Below are positions 11,001-22,760 of a stretch of 64,000 nucleotides of DNA, piece by piece. The notes beneath the pieces are model-generated. The model saw nothing but the letters and a program-made list of their open reading frames with translations. It searched no databases and was not told the DNA's origin. The stretch is from the NCBI GenBank assembly GCA_030704615.1, contig CM060733.1:70246001-70310000 (forward strand), given 5' to 3'. Each line of letters begins with the position of its first letter. The first letter of the stretch is position 1. Source of the DNA: Takakia lepidozioides. Lineage: Eukaryota; Plantae; Bryophyta. The translations under genes were made by a program, and so were the position numbers.

Positions 11001-12996
11001 CCGATCCAATGTCAGGAGCTGGAAGAGAGTGGCTATTGCTAGGAAGGAACTTCAGTGCATTGAAACCTCACCTTCTCTTTCGCCTCAACACATGCCGTTG
11101 AGAGGTGATGCAGTTTCTCCAATTGCATGGTCGGCTGCATGGCCCGAGAATAGTGTTTTGCAATCTCGGGGATGAAGTCCTTTCCAAGTGCCGGATCTGC
11201 AATTGCCACCAGCTTCACAAGCTTTGACTTGTATTTGGTTCTGGACTTGACACCGGCTTCCTTCAAGTGCTCAGTCAATGACTGCAACGTTTTGACCTGC
11301 CCTCACTTTCCATGAAGAAGCGTTTGGCATGGGCCAAATCCAGCTTGATGTTTGACTGCCACAAAAAACATGCAGAAGCGTTACATTCGATTCATGTGGA
11401 AAGATTACTGGAAATTGGGGAAGGATGAGCAGAGGGAAATCGGAGGACGACTTACTTCGTATATCACCTCCACCATTCCATCCATAGTGAGACGATACCA
11501 TGTCCGGTCTGTTTTGCAACGGCTTTCTGAATGAGCTCGGGCTCCAGCATTTCCGCAAACATCTGCGGATCAGTGAGACCAGTTTTCCTCACCCTGTACA
11601 GCATATGTGCCATGTGGTATGCACGTACGCATTCTCAGTGACCCTGCAAGGCACACTCTCCAGTTCAGTACACGGAAGCACGGAAACAAACCAGAATGGA
11701 AACCGAAATGCGGCACCGCATTTCAAACGTGCTAGGGAGGGTATGAGTATCTTACGAGTTGAGGTCCGCCATGGCATTCTTGAGCAGGGAGGAGTCTGCC
11801 GCCTTCACCTTGAGGATGACACACTCCACCATGTAATGCCAGCCAATGTGCTTGGCATGGTTCTGCTTGATGTACTTCCACCAGGCAAGAAGTCGGTGAT
11901 TCCCGTCCCACACAAAGAACATTTTACCCGACATATGGCCGAAGTCTGGATCACCTTCAGCGTCGCCTCGAATTCGTTGTTGCGAGTGGTGCCAGTGGGT
12001 ATCCCACGTTGACAATTCATCGGCAGTGGGTCCACGAGTTTCGCCGTCCTCATTCTCAATGGAAAAACGTAAACGCTGCCGATCCCAGACGGTACCCTTC
12101 TCGAAATGCGAACTTGAGCTTATCCACATCTCCGGGAAGGGCCTGCCTGACGATGGGAAGGGAGACCATGCGACAGAGTGGGATTCAAAGAGTCCGCTGG
12201 AATACCCTGCTGCCCAGAACTCTGCCAATGCTACTGTGTGTCTCCTCCACATTTTTATCCGCTGCACTTTTGAAATCCTCCGGAGACATGTCTGTAGGTG
12301 CCGGTAGTGGCTGAGCAGCTGGAGCATCCTCAACTGGAGCTGCACTCTGGGGCCTGTCTGCGGGCAATTCTGCCATTGCAGAGGCTCCCTCCGAGCCTGC
12401 TTGCTCATCGGTGGTGAGGTCTTGCTGCTTGTGAACGTTGAGCGGCAGCACCCTCCTGCGTACCAAATCGACAGAAATGGTCGATCCCATTGCCTTCGCT
12501 GCAGCAGAGTCGGCCCCAACATCTGCAGGCGGGAAATCCTCCAGGAACTGAGCTTCAGCTCGTGGAAGCGGTTTTTTGCGGGAGATTGTTCGGTCGTCGC
12601 CCTGATTGCCTTCTGCTTCCTCATCCTTGCAGGTGAAGGTGTCTCTGCAATGAATCTGTCTTTTACCCTGCTGCTTCATTCGCGTTGGTGGGGGTGAAAC
12701 GGCTGAGCCGGTTCAGAAACCAGTAGAGGGACGGGCTGCTTCTTCTTCGACTTTGCTGGAGAAGGGCCCGACCCCTGCTGGCGATTCTCCATGACCAAAG
12801 AACGCGAGTCGATCTCTGGGCTTTGAAACTTGCCCTTCGAAGCCGCGTCTTTGAAACGCACAGGGCTAGGCCCGGCAGGAATACCCGCGCTCGGGGATCG
12901 GGTGGGTGTACGTGCTGCAGCTAGCTCCTCGGACTCTTCTTGCGGCTCTTCGGATTCTGCGATCCCTCCAGCACGTCCACCTTTCCTGTTAGGCAT
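8072..12996 (-). pseudogene. Multi-exon gene: ParB/Srx-like domain fused to a beta-class N4C/N6A DNA methyltransferase-like domain; several frameshifts
   Basis: ParB-like segment IPLCRMVSLPIVRQALPGDVDKLK...MFFVWDGNHRLLAW at about 12190-11757. Motif IV-like DMIILDIPDG at 9576-9547, followed by LDDRGCVVV. Splicing intron 8945-8844 gives RTRSPAFIQTIMETCTDVEGTVLDLICGTGASMWAGRFSDRHLFAYEED (motifs X, I, II). Acidic C-terminal tail. The start codon is uncertain (12996 or 13198). Confidence 0.75.
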
Positions 12997-13624
12997 GCAA
13001 ACATGTTCTGCATTCAAGTCTCCTAGCATTCAGTCTAAGAATTACAGAAGCAAAATGGGGGGTTCGGTGCTCGATCAGCTGCGCGCAGCCCGATCGCATG
13101 GAGCTCTCACTGGTGGCTGGGTTGCCTGAGTGGCCTGCTGCTCGGAGATGGCAAATCTCCCCTGTAGACGCATCTGCTTTGCTTCCTCCCTTCGGCATTG
13201 GCCTACGTCCGAAGTATAATTTTCAGAGCTTGCGACGGAGGTCTCCTGTATGGTGACGAACTCCCCCCCTCTCAGGTTCGAGCATATAAGAACAGAGACA
13301 GGGAAAAAAGGAAAGAGTGCAGATGGAAGGGCGCGAGAGGGGTGACTGAGGAGACACGACAAAAGTAGATGAAACGGCGGTGATGCACCACTTGGGTTCA
13401 AAAGGGTTGGACGAAAGTGTCTCCCGTGGACTTCGCGTCATAACGAAAATTCGAATGTTCAGGGTACGCCTGCCGTCCGAAAAACAAACATCATTATCCA
13501 CGGTCAGGCCGCGCCGCCTCATGCCCCTTCAGTCAGATAGAGTGCAGACATGTACCGCAATTCCGTTGCTCCACGTGTTCACATTTCAAGGCATTTTCCG
13601 TCCCAGCGTCTGATGAGTTGAGTG

Positions 13625-14976
13625 AAAATGCGAATGCGGCGCCGCATTTCCGTTAAGTACCATCACGAAGCTACACATCCGTACTTGTTGGAAGAAAATG
13701 CGGCACCGCATTTCCATTCCACCTTCACATACCTTAGTTGTTGAAACGAAATATGGTGCCGCATTTCCGTCCCACAGCTCCATGTATGAATCAAAAGGGA
13801 AATGCGGCGCCACATTTCCGTTCTGGAATGTGTCGAAAGGTGCGATTCGACGGAAATGCGGCACAGCAACATTTCAGTTCCCGTGGTTCATGATTTTCAA
13901 TCTCAATCGAAATACGGTACACGACATTACCGCATTCCGTTCCCCTTCACATACCTTAGTTGATGAACGGAAATGCCGTGCCACATTTCCGTTCGGGAAA
14001 GTATAGAGGTCTCACTGAACAGAAATGTGGTGCCGCATTTCCGTTTCTGGAAAGTTTGAAGGTCTCACAATGGATGGAAATGCGGCACCACTTTCCGATC
14101 CCACAACCAGGCCTCATATACAAAACGGAAATTCGGCGCTGCATTCCGTTCTAGATGTCGGAAGTGCGACTCGGACGGAAATGCGGTGCCCGCATTTCTG
14201 TTCCCGTTGTTCACGATTTTTTCATCAGAACGGAAATGCGTGCCGCATTTGCGTTCTGGAATGTTGGGAGGTGCGACTCGTATGGAAATGCGCTGCCGCA
14301 TTTCAGTTCCGATGGTTCACGATTTTCAGTCAGAACGGAAATGCGGTACCACCAATTTCGTTTCTGGATAGTAATGAATGTCCACGCGGTCGGAATTGCA
14401 CTCGGCTCCATGCCATCATGGAAAGTGCGGCGCCGCAATTTCCGTTCTGGAATGTCGGAAGTGCGACTCGGACGGAAAATGCGGTGCCCGCATTTCTGTT
14501 CCCGGTTGTTCATAATCTGAATCAGAACGGAAATGCGTACCGCATTTCCGTTCCACACCTTCACTACCGTGCTTGCTGGATGGGAAATGCTTTACCCAGC
14601 ATTTTTCCGTTCTGAGAGTGTTAAGGTCTCACCCGGCGGAATGCGGTGCCGCATTTCCGTTCTGGAATGTCGGAAAGTGCGACTCGACGAAAATGCGGTG
14701 CCGCATTCTGTTCCCTTTGTTCATGATTCTCAATCAGAACGGAAATGCCGTACCGCATTTCCGTTCCCACCTTCACATACCGTGCTTGCCTGGATGGAAA
14801 GCTTACCTACCGCATTTCCGTACCACCTTCACATACCGTGCTTGCTGGATGGAAATGCGTTACCGCATTTCCGTTCTGGGAGTATAAGGTTTCCCCCGGA
14901 CGGAAACTCGGTCCGCATTTCCGTCGCTCTGGTGCATGACCAAGATGCATACGGAAATGCGGCGCCGAATTTCCGT
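13625..14976. repeat. Palindrome array 2: about 25 copies of the 22-bp palindrome at ~53-bp period, between the divergent ParB-MTase and transposase genes
   Basis: Copies near 13695, 13748, 13798, 13853, ... 14741, 14795, 14851, 14902, 14953. Spacers of ~31 bp fall into about four recurring families. Confidence 0.9.
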
Positions 14977-15899
14977 CCACCAGCAATCGAAAGAATCACT
15001 CGGGACGGGAATCTGGAACCTGAATAGGTTGCATTGTTTCGAAACAACACAATTGCGGCCAGTCTTGATGAGCACAACTTGGTTGTCTAACCGTTTTAAC
15101 TAACAGTACTGGCACTTGTCAGTGCGAACGTTCCTGTCTGCACCGAGAATACTGCTGGATCCACCCTCAGGAGAACTGTCAGAGATGTTATTTCGTCGCC
15201 GAATCGGCCATCATTGGTCATACTTACTGGCTATGGAATCACACCTCCCACCTTCATGCATGTAGCTTGAAACAATACTTTCCACTTAATGTGCGACTTC
15301 CAATCGTCGATGGACTCCGCATGGTGGCTGTGAGCCTTGGTCTGTCGCTATACTGAACCTCGCACTTTGCCAACTTCGTGCAGTGTTCGATGGCTCCAAT
15401 TCCTACGCTATAGTTTGCTGTCCTCCGCACTTGGGAGAGCCTGGATCCCAAACGAGGGAGGACTTTGCAGAATGACTGAAACTCCCTTGTTCCAAATTCA
15501 AGCTCAAACCGGCACATTTATTTGGAAGAAGAAAGGAAGGATGTTCCTGGACAGGTTGACGAGACCATTGTCCGTGCTAGGTAACGACGGAGGTTGCGGA
15601 ATCGAATGGCACGTACCCCCATCAGACACCATCCTGTACCGAGCTTGGGAATGCCCATTCCCTTTTCGAATTCCGGAACCGACAGGCGGCACTGCCAACA
15701 GAGATGGTATGCAACGAAATCATTCCCGACCCTTGACCGTCAAGACCCTCCATAGCTTCTCGTGTGGACGTATTCAACATTTCCGACGAGGAAGATGATT
15801 GAATTGAGGTACCCAGTCCTTCACAAGGAGTTCAAATCCGGCTATGGACGTCTCTGTAGGTGCTACGCATCGTGCCCTCGAGCATAACTCCAACCCGGT

Positions 15900-18800
15900 C
15901 ATGTGCAGCTCATACGACAACATCACCTCGAGATTCTCGCTCCGAGCTGGCTGCTCCGACTATGCCAAATTCCCAGTCAAAAAGATAAGTTCCTGCCTCC
16001 CGAAGTCGATGGCACTGTCATCTCGAGTTTCCACCTGTTTCTTCGGTCAAACAAAGCATCGGGATTGTTAAAAAAACATGGATCGAAAGCATGACGGACA
16101 ACCCTGGTGGTGTGACGAAGACCAGTAGCACGAAAATTGATGATGGTGTTCGTGTACGATATGTCCTATGTGCGGGGAAAGCTGAGGTGCCTCCAATCCC
16201 ACCTGCTTCCATTTCTCTCCAAAGGAGGGCGGAGAAGAAACGAGACAGATTGGATGGCACAATGCATCATCCATTCATTGTCTCCAGCCAAGCTCCTGAG
16301 GGTTCTTTCAAGTGTGCACATTGCAAAGAACCACCGACGTGCATGTCCATGTGCAGAGCAAGCATATTAAGTTATCCATTTGCTCCCGGAATTGACTAGA
16401 GCTGCATACACGTTGGGGTCACTGCCACCCCTTGGCGAGAGGCAAACATGCGTGAGGCTGTGCAGGAAGCACAGACATAACAAGAGGAGGTGAATTGAGG
16501 CCCCGGAGCCAGACCAAAGCAGATTCAGGGAAGGCAGCCACAAGATTCGGCTTGGCAAAATCATGTTGAAGATGGTTCCGACCCGAGAGCCCTTTACCGA
16601 AGACGGATGCGTGACCTCTTGGAGTCCGTCTCGCACTGTTTGTAGTCCGAATGTGCGGAATCACATCGTATCTTGCAAGCAGGAGTTCGCAGGGGGTCGG
16701 AATGTACTCAATCCTGGAGGTGAAACAAAGATGTATATGACTACATGCCAAGGTAGCAGGTTTCCAGGGCAAGGCAGCGAATACTACGTTGTTACATTTC
16801 AAAATGTCGACGTGTGGGCCTGGGAGTGGAGTCGACTTGGTCACTCGCATGACAACTGGAAACTTGTCGATATGCTTGGGTGATGTTTGATCACATCAAG
16901 AGAATTATAAACCAATCGTTGGGGTGACTATGGGTGCGCATGTTTATGACTATCACTCCAAGAGGCTCATTACAAGTGCAATCTGCGAGATGAAGGGGAG
17001 GCACACAGTATGAGATTCATCGGGGAGGGCATAAACGAGCAGATGCCAAGGGGGGATGCCAGAGCCAATTTCAAGGGATTCATGGCAGACAACGCTCAGG
17101 CAATTGGGGAGCGGTGCCGGCGTGTGTACGGTGAGGAACCCAATGTGCCAATGGAGGGGAAAGAGAGATCCTGTGGATTCCATTGGATGCAGAGTCTATC
17201 CCACTACATACCAAATTTGTTGCGAGTCTATCCCACTACATACCAAATTTGTTGCTAGCTCATTCCAGGCTGAACACCGTGTCCTTTGTACGGCGTGGAA
17301 GGATGCACCCACATTTGATGACGCGGAGGTTAAGTTTGCTATCATCGAGGCTTGGTGGAACACGTCAGGTGCAGTGGAGACAACCAATCTGGGAGCATTG
17401 CACAGCTGGTTGGGGTGGTGGCATTTTCGGTATCGACAGTTCGGACAGTACATGCGGGAGGTAGGCTGCTGTCATTTTCGTTCATTTGTCTTTCTGTTAC
17501 GGACATTTCGATTGGTCCCTCACCATTGTTTGTGTCCTTCTAGGAGCGGTGCTTGGATTCCGACACGGACATGCCGAACACGAATATGGCAGAATCGGTC
17601 CACTCCTCCTGGCGAGCGTCTTCTGCCGCACATCTGGTGGACGTAGTGACGGCCACAACGGAGGACATCGACAGAGCAATCATGCAGCAAGCCACGTACT
17701 ACAAGTTCCTGAGCGGCAAACAATGGGGCTTTGGGCCGGACAGGGAGGAATTGTTGGTACGAACAGCTTCGAGGTCCAAGAATCCACACTGAATGGCGAC
17801 ATCATTGCGAGAGAAGATCAAAGGGACGCCTCTGCACCGCAGAGGTGAACACCTAGAGGGGGACGTCCGGACTCGCCCTGTGAGGCGGAGGATTGAAGAG
17901 GAAACCCGGGTGCGAAGAGGATTCCTGGAGATCCGACAGGAACATTTCGGACAGCACCTCGAGGTCCCGTCATGTTGCCGCACAATGTGTCTTCCAGCAG
18001 TGGAAGCCCAAGAAATTCCAGATCGCCGTCGCCTTCAACCGGGGATTTCGTGCGAGAAATTCCCACCGCTCCCTTGCCCCAGATTCGCCCGCTGTAATGC
18101 AGTATGGCCAAGCCATTGTGGAGACGACTGTGTCTGCATCACAGTGGAGAATTGCTCGCACAAAGCCGTCGTTTCGAGGAAGGTGTTCCGCAATTCGTGT
18201 GGATACACGCAACGTTGTTTAGAGATGATAAGGAGGAATCCCAGATGGGCTGTCCCTGCTCCTACTTTTACAGGAAGATTTGTCCATGCAAACCGTTGCA
18301 GAGGCGACAACCACCCAGTTCTGGTTCTGCAGGCACGACATTATGACTTGCGTGTATGGAAAGCCCAAGTACGGCATACAAACAATTGCCAGAGGCTCCC
18401 CCGGTGTGGCCGGTGGAACCAGGCTGCGATCTGAGTCAGGTTTGAGGCCGACGCCCTTACCGCCGCAGGATTTCGGATGGTGCAGCGCACTGACCCCCCA
18501 GACAACCATTTCCGCTTCCACAGCCTCCACCACCGACCCCTGTGAGAGCAAGAACAATTGGGACACGACAGCTCTAAGCATCCTACACACCGTTGGGAAA
18601 CCGAAGATGGCGGCGACCTCCCTCAAAAGTGAACGAGACAAGGATGGGCACTTCGGATGAACTGTACAATCCAGAGCTCGACAGAAGTGCCCCCACCAGG
18701 ATTCGGGCGTGTGTATCAGATGGCCACGCAGGCTCAGCTGTTCGAAATGAGGTGTACACCATCACCATTTCAGAATTACCCACCAGCAATTGCACCGACT

Positions 18801-18968
18801 TCCAGATCATGGCGAACAAGGGGGCATCATACTGCCCTTGCAAGCATTTGTACTACGTGTACCTAAAGAGACTCCGTTGTAATCCACAACTCATCACTTC
18901 ATACATGCACCAGGGTTGAGCCCCCAGAGGTTCACACTCTTCTGAATATGGATCCAGGGGACCAGTGA
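15900..18968 (+). pseudogene. MULE transposase (GCM/WRKY-like Zn domain, DDE core, SWIM finger), heavily frameshifted
   Basis: Motifs in order: Cys/His-rich CAGKLRC...CAHCKEPPTC; MFDH (~16883); NFKGFMADNAQA; SCGFHW (CxxH); WLGWWHFR; intron 17461-17543; PNTNMAESVH; SWIM CTDF...PCKHLY. The 5' boundary is approximate and may extend to ~15330. Confidence 0.8.
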
Positions 18969-19737
18969 GCTTGGCTTGCGGTCCAATACAATGGTACGCC
19001 CATCCTTTCGGATAGTAGAACTGTATGCTGCCAGTACCTCAGACTCTGGCCACAGAAAGGTCCGACATATGTCTTGCCTACCAGTAACCTGTTTTGCTCG
19101 AACTAAGATATTACTATATCAGTCACTTGTTTCCACGTGCATGTATTTTTGTATGTTGGAGGGTTCATGTTTTTCTGCTTTCCGAAAACTTGCTTTCCTC
19201 ATTCGACCTCCGACAAGGAAATGCCCGGCGCCGCATTTCTAAGTATCGTCGTAGGTACTGGTAGAGGCGGCCTTCGCCAACACCAAACCGCTCCAAAATT
19301 TCGCACGTGCGAACCCTAATGCGGCACCTTATTTCCCAGTTCAGTTGCAAACCTTTCCCGCCGAATACCCGAAGAAGACAGAATTGTGAAGTACTGCAGA
19401 CTCTATTGGTGCAGACTCCATTGGTTAAATCGCGGCAAAAGGGTCAGCTTCATTCCAATGTTAAGGCATGTAAAACTGCGGAATACTCTATACAGGCCAG
19501 TATGCGACGTCCTTTTGCCGTGGTATACTGGATTTCCCGTTGCACGGTCACTTATTTCCATGAGCGGATCTAAAAAACCATGAGCGGACTTGTTACTGAC
19601 GACATATCTTCGCCGCATTACATGATCTGGAACGTCCAAAAACGGCAAGGTCAAATAAAAAAAACTATTATTTTAATACTTGTTTAATCTACCGCATTTC
19701 CAAATTTGGAGGAGTCCGCTCATGAAATCCGCGTATC

Positions 19738-19820
19738 TTAGACTTCGGCTCACCGCTCATGCGGCTCATGCGGCTCATGGCTCATGGCTCATGGTTTCTG
19801 CTCATGAAATAGTAAACCTC
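19738..19820 (-). repeat. Right terminal inverted repeat with tandem GCTCATG motifs
   Basis: gctcatgcggctcatggctcatggctcatgg...gctcatgaaatagtaaacctc, followed directly by the TSD. Confidence 0.85.
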
Positions 19821-19828
19821 AGTTCCAT

Positions 19829-20188
19829 TTCCAGAAATATGACAAGAGAAGACTACTCCCTTTCTCTTACACTCAATATATCCAGTTCTTATCCAATAGG
19901 CCTGTGAATCAATCTTATAACATTGTGATTTCACAAGTTGTGCCTATTCTATACATTTCCAGCAATGCTGATTTGGCTGGGAAGGAGTGTAGCATTCTGA
20001 TTAACACTCTTGGGAGGAATGGTTTCAAGACCAGAAAACTTGCTCGTATCTTGACAAAATTCCTTGAACGTGGTTCATTCCCTGGCCTGCTCTTCCCTGT
20101 ACAAGAGCTTATTGAGAAACTGAAAAGGTACTTTCTAAAAACTTATACAGAGCTAAGTTATACCATTGAACTCTCCGTTCTTTTCTAG
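19829..20188 (+). mobile_element. Penelope-like element RT C-terminal (thumb) fragment, with no downstream GIY-YIG
   Basis: YDKRRLLPFSYTQYIQFLSNRPVNQSYNIVISQV...ISS...LGRNGF matches the PLE-type pattern YDKR...SN.P...SQ...S...L..xG(Y/F). The ORF stops at 20188. Confidence 0.6.
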
Positions 20189-21771
20189 TGATACTATACT
20201 AGTTTTGCTATGATACATTTTATGCCAACGTTTCATTCTTGATCCGAGGAAGTGAGGATGTAGGATTCTATTCTTTTGGATAATATAATATGAGGATAGA
20301 ACTACATGGAAGAGGGAAAACCTTATGAGAAGAGGTCTGGTATGCACTCCCTTACGGGGTGAGTGCATACCACACTCACTCCGTAAGGTTCTGCCATGCC
20401 AGGGATTGGCTGGTGGGTCCCTCTCTCTCCCTCTCTCCCTCTCCCTCTATAACTCTTTGGATTTCATCTGGCCTTAACCTTTTGAGGTTATTTAAATTTT
20501 CATCCCAACCTTTTTCATCCAAATCTGGATGATATTATTATAGGATGATGAAACTTAATGTACAGAAAGCTTGATTTACCATCTATTTCTTTCATCTAAA
20601 CTGGATGAACTACATGAATAATGGTTACCTATTTTAAAATCCAAGAGAATAATAAAACTACCATCATAAATGATGGTAGTTATTAAACCTAAGCCTATAC
20701 CATAACCCTAAAAGATACATTTCTATTGGATGTCATCCATTGACAAAGTGCTTCTCTTGATAAAATGTGATTTTTCATCCACCCTGGATGAGAAATCGGG
20801 AAGTTGTGCCCTAAGCAGGCCGACACATTTCACAGCACTGAACTCGTGCTTCAGTGAACCTTGATGATGCGCCGTATAAACCTGCTCCTCTGCTGCTACA
20901 TGGTACTCGTGATGGCTGGCTCTTGGGATGCGCATTGGTGGTTAGGCAGATTCCTCTCTGGCAGACGACAAAGCGGTGATCGCTTTGATAAGAAACTCAT
21001 GGTTCTTTATTTTGCAGTGGCGCTTTTACTGCTTGTTGGGAAGTACTCTATCCCTATTTATCTACAGATTACATGTTGCTCTCTCTTTGTGTATGAGCCA
21101 TTCTCTATCTGTGAACGCTTCTACTCTGATTGCGTTCTGTTGGAGACGATCTATTGGACGCCATGGCGCAGGGCATACCACAAACACTCAAGGTTTTTTG
21201 AGTTTACCCTTGCTTGAATTATGATCTGTACATGCTTTAGAATTCAACACTGACATGGATAACAACTGTGAAGACCTGCCACTCACCTGCTGCATCCTCA
21301 CTAACACACATCGCTATGTGGTGGTTTTTGGGACGGGCACAGGTGAGGGTCTTGATTTCTTGAAGCTTGCAGCTCCTGTTCTTGCAAATGTGGATTCTGC
21401 TGCTGCCTATGCTGCTGATACCATTTGCTGTTTCAAACTGCCACCATGCCGCTTCAGACCTGCTCCAAGATGGCTCCAATGAGGATCTGCTTCTCTCCTT
21501 ACCCCTGTTTTTGGTTTTTTACAACCACATTTGCATGTGTAGGAGTTAAACTATGAAGGGTACAAGGATACAAAATAGCAGTTATTACTCTGACTGCTTT
21601 GATACTTGGCTCTGAAATGAAACTTCTTGGTATGACTCTGATGGATCAAAAGGATAGGCTTTGATAGATAACACACATTCTTCAAGGCCCTCATATCATT
21701 TTGGTCTCATGGCTTGATAACAAACAGGGGATTCTGAGCTGCTCTTTCACCTTGGCAGAGCTATTTTATGA

Positions 21772-21943
21772 GGCCTTAAAATACCATTCCAGGCCTATAC
21801 CTGCTTGAGGGGGCTCAACCCTGTTGTTTCTTCTTCCTTTTTAAGAATCTTGCTTGTATCTTGGTTCTAAAAACATCAACTTCAAACCAAACTGCAATCT
21901 GGTTTTTGAAATGAGTTTGAAATGAATTTTTGAGATGATGATG
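21772..21943 (+). repeat. Dispersed ~170-bp repeat, second copy at 54675-54846
   Basis: ggccttaaaataccatt...ctgcaatctggtttttgaaatgagttt...gagatgatgatg is nearly identical at both sites. Confidence 0.8.
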
Positions 21944-22760
21944 CATACCATGGTGCTTTCATGATATGAATGACCTGGAATCCCACCCTCCCACCCTGTT
22001 TTTTCAGAGACCCTGAAATGTAATGGGGTATTCAAATGAGACTGTAAACATGAAAGGGAATGTTAGATGGTGTCCTGTAAAGGGGCTGTTTTGTCTTTCA
22101 ATGACAATGACCTTAGCGGTCTTGTCCATGTCTTGACATGACATGTATATCTTCCCTCTCTTTATCTGATCAGTGTACTTAGTGGTTTTTGTACACACCA
22201 TCTACCCTTACCCTTCTCCTTTTCACCTTCTCATTTTGATATATTGACAATTGTTCTCGGGGGGCCTTGACAAAAAGTCACCAAAGGAGGTCCTAGCTGG
22301 AATGAGGACCTCATAGCCCTGGGGTATCAGTCCCCACTACCTCCTCCAATTCCTGCTGTGCAGGCAACCCTCGCACAAGTCACACCAAGTGACTTCCATG
22401 CTGCATTGCAAAAGATGGATACTGAGGCCTTGGAAAATTCAGGTGATGAAAACCCCGTGTTATTACTTGAAACCTTGGCTTTGGAAAATTGGGTTGCACT
22501 TGGCATCATGGCAAATAAGAATGGCAGGTACCTGGAGAAGCTCCAGGAATTCAATACTAAAATGATTGAGGTACTGGAAGATGATGCCGAGGAGCTGATA
22601 CAATGGGAAAAGAAGGGATCAGCGAATGTTCCTTCACGAAGCAGAATGCCTGAAAGATAAGAGTCTACAAAGAAGGAAATGAGAACGTGAGAGGTGGCCT
22701 ACACGTACATGGGCAATTTCGGCGCAGAAATTGGCAGAACAGAGGAAAACCGCAACATAC

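Larger units (their letters stand above)
4785..19820 (+). mobile_element. Giant (15,036 bp) Mutator-like DNA transposon with accessory genes
   Basis: Imperfect TIRs: GGGGGCTGCTATTTCATGAGC at the left end, and the right end reverse-complements to GAGGTTTACTATTTCATGAGC, both with CATGAGC repeats. Perfect 8-bp TSD AGTTCCAT at 4777-4784 and 19821-19828. Internal DDE/SWIM transposase. Removing the element restores an open frame in the flanks. Confidence 0.9.

Noticed and set aside
8072-12996. Bacterial contamination explaining the ParB and MTase motifs
   Set aside because: The gene has GT-AG introns, one splitting motif I, shared with a second copy. It also lies inside a TSD-bounded eukaryotic transposon.
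13625-14976. CRISPR array
   Set aside because: Eukaryotic context, no cas genes, degenerate repeats, and spacers that recur in families. It is a TE-internal tandem array.
20190-20450. Hammerhead ribozyme associated with the PLE
   Set aside because: No CUGANGA...GAAA core with the required stems was found by eye.
20861-21549. Possible small membrane-protein gene or exons
   Set aside because: No recognisable homology or consistent exon chain.
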